Shown here: positions 61,201 to 64,000 of the stretch, piece after piece
How positions within the stretch are numbered: the first letter of the stretch is position 1
Layout: each line of letters starts with the position of its first letter
Notes under the pieces: generated by a model
Databases searched by the model: none
The model's input: only the letters and a program-made list of their open reading frames with translations
Told to the model about the DNA's origin: nothing
Position numbers and translations under genes: made by a program
Origin: Squalus acanthias
Lineage: Eukaryota
Length of the DNA: 64,000 nt
Direction of reading: 5' to 3'
NCBI GenBank assembly: GCA_030390025.1
Contig: JASTWF010000036.1
Location: 1,922,001 to 1,986,000 of the forward strand

Positions 61201-62742
61201 CAGAGATAGGGAGGGTTGTAGGGGGCTGGAGAAGGTTACAGAGATAGGGAGGGTTGTAGGGGCTGGAGGAGGTTACAGAGATAGGGAGGGTTGTAGGGGG
61301 CAGGAGGAGGTTACAGAGATAGGGAGGGTTGTAGGGGGCTGGAGGAGGTTACAGAGATAGGGAGGGTTGTAGAGGCTGGAGGAGGTTACAGAGTTAGGGA
61401 GGGTTGTAGGGGGCTGGAGGAGGTTACAGAGATAGGGAGGGTTGTAGAGGCTGGAGGAGGTTACAGAGTTAGGGAGGGTTGTAGGGGGCTGGAGGAGGTT
61501 ACAGAGATAGGGAGGGTTGTAGGGGGCTGGAGGTGGTTACAGAGATAGGGAGGGTTGTAGGGGGCTGGAGGATGTTACAGAGATAGGGAGGGTTGTAGGG
61601 GGCTGGAGGAGGTTACAGAGATAGGGAGGGTTGTAGGGGCTGGAGGAGGTTACAGAGATAGGGAGGGTTGTAGAGGCTGGAGGAGGTTACAGAGTTAGGG
61701 AGGGTTGTAGGGGGCTGGAGGAGGTTACAGAGATAGGGAGGGTTGTAGGGGCTGGAGGCGGTTACAGAGTTAGGGAGGGTTGTAGGGGGCTGGAGGAGGT
61801 TACAGAGATAGGGAGGGTTGTAGGGGGCTGGAGGAGGTTACAGAGATAGGGAGGGTTGTAGGGGGCTGGAGGAGGTTACAGAGATAGGGAGGGTTGTAGG
61901 GAGCTGGAGGAGGTTACAGAGATCGGGAGGGTTGTAGAGGGCTGGAGGAGGTTACAGAGTAAGGGAGGGTTGTAGGGGGCTGGAGGAGGTTACAGAGATA
62001 GGGAGGGTTGTAGGGAGCTGGAGGAGGTTACAGAGATAGGGAGGGTTGTAGGGGGCTGGAGGAGGTTACAGAGATAGGGAGGGTTGTAGGGGGCTGGAGG
62101 AGGTTACAGAGATAGGGAGGGTTGTAGGGGGCTGGAGGAGGTTACAGAGATAGGGAGGGTTGTAGGGGGCTGGAGGAGGTTACAGAGATAGGGAGGGTTG
62201 TAGGGGGCTGGAGGAGGTTACAGAGATAGGGAGGGTTGTAGGGGGCTGGAGGAGGTTACAGAGATAGGGAGGGTTGTAGGGGCTGGAGGAGGTTACAGAG
62301 ATAGGGAGGGTTGTAGGGGCTGGAGGAGGTTACAGAGATAGTGAGGGTGGTCGGGGCTGGAGGAGGTTACAGAGATAGGGAGGGTTGTCGGGGGCTGGAG
62401 GAGGTTACAGAGATAGGGAGGGTTGTAGGGGGCTGGAGGAGGTTGCAGAGATAGGGAGGGTTGTAGGGGGCTGGAGGAGGTTAGAGAGATAGGGAAGGTT
62501 GCAGGGGGCTGGAGGAGGTTGCAGAGATAGGGAGGGTTGTAGGGGGCTGGAGGAGGTTACAGAGATAGGGAGGGTTGTAGAGGCTGGAGGAGGTTACAGA
62601 GATCGGGAGGGTTGTAGGGGGCTGGAGGAGGTTACAGAGATTGGGAGGGTTGTAGGGGGCTGGAGGAGGTTACAGAGATTGGGAGGGTTGTAGGGGGCTG
62701 GAGGAGGTTACAGAGATAGGGAGGGGCGAGGCCATGGAGGGA
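58295..62742 (-). mobile_element. L2 3' fragment internally expanded by a minisatellite
   Basis: L2 sequence on the left (caaaagcttggtcaaagag...) and its correct continuation on the right (gggaggggcgaggccatggaggga). Confidence 0.88.
58501..62726. repeat. G-rich minisatellite, 37-38-bp unit, roughly 110 copies
   Basis: Tandem gggagggttgtagggggctggaggaggttacagagata. Confidence 0.98.
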
Positions 62743-64000
62743 GCAGTTAAAATGGCCCAGGTTACTTACCCACCCTGGAGATACTGGGAGCTGACCGTTC
62801 CCGATTTTAACCGGCATTGTTGAACAGGCAGCAAGGCTACCCCACCCCTCAAAGCCAGTGAGGTCCTTTTTTAACATATTCAAACGAATACAGCGGGCAA
62901 GAGAATCGAGGCCAGAAGAGGCCCAAGGAAGTATGTTTTTTTTACTTTCCTCAGGGGGCCAGGAGGAGCAGGAACTGGTCATGACCTCATTTGCTGTTTG
63001 TGGGATCTTGCTGTGTGCAAATTGGCGGCTGCGTTTCCCTACCTTACAACACTCACTGCACTTCAAAATAATCCCTTGGCTGTGAAGTGCCGTGGAACAG
63101 CCTGAGGATGTGACAGGTGCGATACAATTCAAATTCTTTCTTAATAAGTCACAGGCCTGGAAAAATGGTCTGGGGCGGTGTCGTTATACGCAGCGCCTGA
63201 GATTCAGTTCCATGAAATGTGTAACGGGCGGCCGATCCGATCCGATCCCGCCCGTTTGGCACCATCGCCCAAGACCAATTTCTAGGCCACAGAATTCGAA
63301 TTGTCCTTAAATTGTCGATTCTGTTTTCAGATACTGAGGGACCTGCTGTGTACTTCCAGCACTTTCTGTTAATATCGCAGATGCCCAGCATGCTTCCTGT
63401 CTCTTGCGTCTCACTCACCTCACTCCTCTCCTTGATTCGGATCTTGTCAGGCTTGGCTGGTTCAGGCCAGTTCAGACTTCAGATGACGCGAGCTTCAGGT
63501 AAGTGCAGCACCCGAAATCCTTGCAACTTTTATATCCTGCTTTCCAAAACCATCCAAAGACCCTTCTCGATGACCGTGCTTTTTGGGGGGAAGGGGGCTT
63601 CATCCCGAGATTCTGCTCCCCATTTTCACTCCTGCTTGTCTACCAGCGTTCTCCACACTCGAGAGATGATCCTTGAACAAGGAGAGATGTATCACATGAG
63701 GGAGAAAGGAATAGAAGGATATGCTGATGTGGTGAGATGAAGAGGGGTGGGAGGAGGCTCGAGTGGAGCAGAAACACCAGCATAGACCCGTTGGGCCGAA
63801 CGGCCTGTTCCTGGGCTGTAAATACTGTGTAAAGTCGATGTAAGCTTCAGGTATCTTGAGCTAAACTATTGAAGGTTAAATGCTTGCATTGCTGTTATGC
63901 CAACGTGTTGTGCCCAGCCCTTGCTCTTAAAAATAAACACAGCTCCATATGTTTACGAGGGTTTTGGTGTCACTTCTGCCAATCAGAGATGTGACTGGGA

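Noticed and set aside
63419..63675. Possible exons (plus strand 63451-63498 ag...gtaagt; minus-strand segment ending gag|gtgagt)
   Set aside because: No recognisable protein; the minus-strand segment has stops in all three frames. Splice-like motifs alone are insufficient.

Overview
Repeat-dense vertebrate genomic DNA, most likely from a cartilaginous fish (shark). That assignment is inferred from HE1/V-SINE, Deu-domain SacSINE1-like, LF-SINE-like and CR1/L2 repeats. The only host gene I can support is the 3' end of an acid-sensing ion channel, best matching ASIC1, on the + strand. It has three coding exons: 8674-8753 (TM2 with the GAS filter), 32701-32805, and 36353-36457 (ending EDFTC-stop); the last intron appears to be GC-AG. 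The rest is intron or intergenic DNA filled with CR1 and L2 LINE fragments, tRNA-derived SINEs, PIF/Harbinger-like and hAT-like MITEs, Penelope-like elements and large tandem repeats. Main items of interest: (1) two Penelope-derived families carry minimal hammerhead ribozyme motifs with compensatory stem-I changes, and within the gene's introns the intact copies are antisense while the sense copies are broken; (2) overlapping GC/GT donors could switch the PDZ-binding C-terminus off; (3) a nested insertion in which two Harbinger-like elements hit adjacent units of a CR1 tail, forming a 1.8-kb palindrome; (4) a 4.2-kb minisatellite born inside an L2 element, with an 830-bp higher-order duplication. 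Most long ORFs in the supplied track are repeat artefacts. Repeat boundaries were read by eye and are approximate unless a TSD is quoted.
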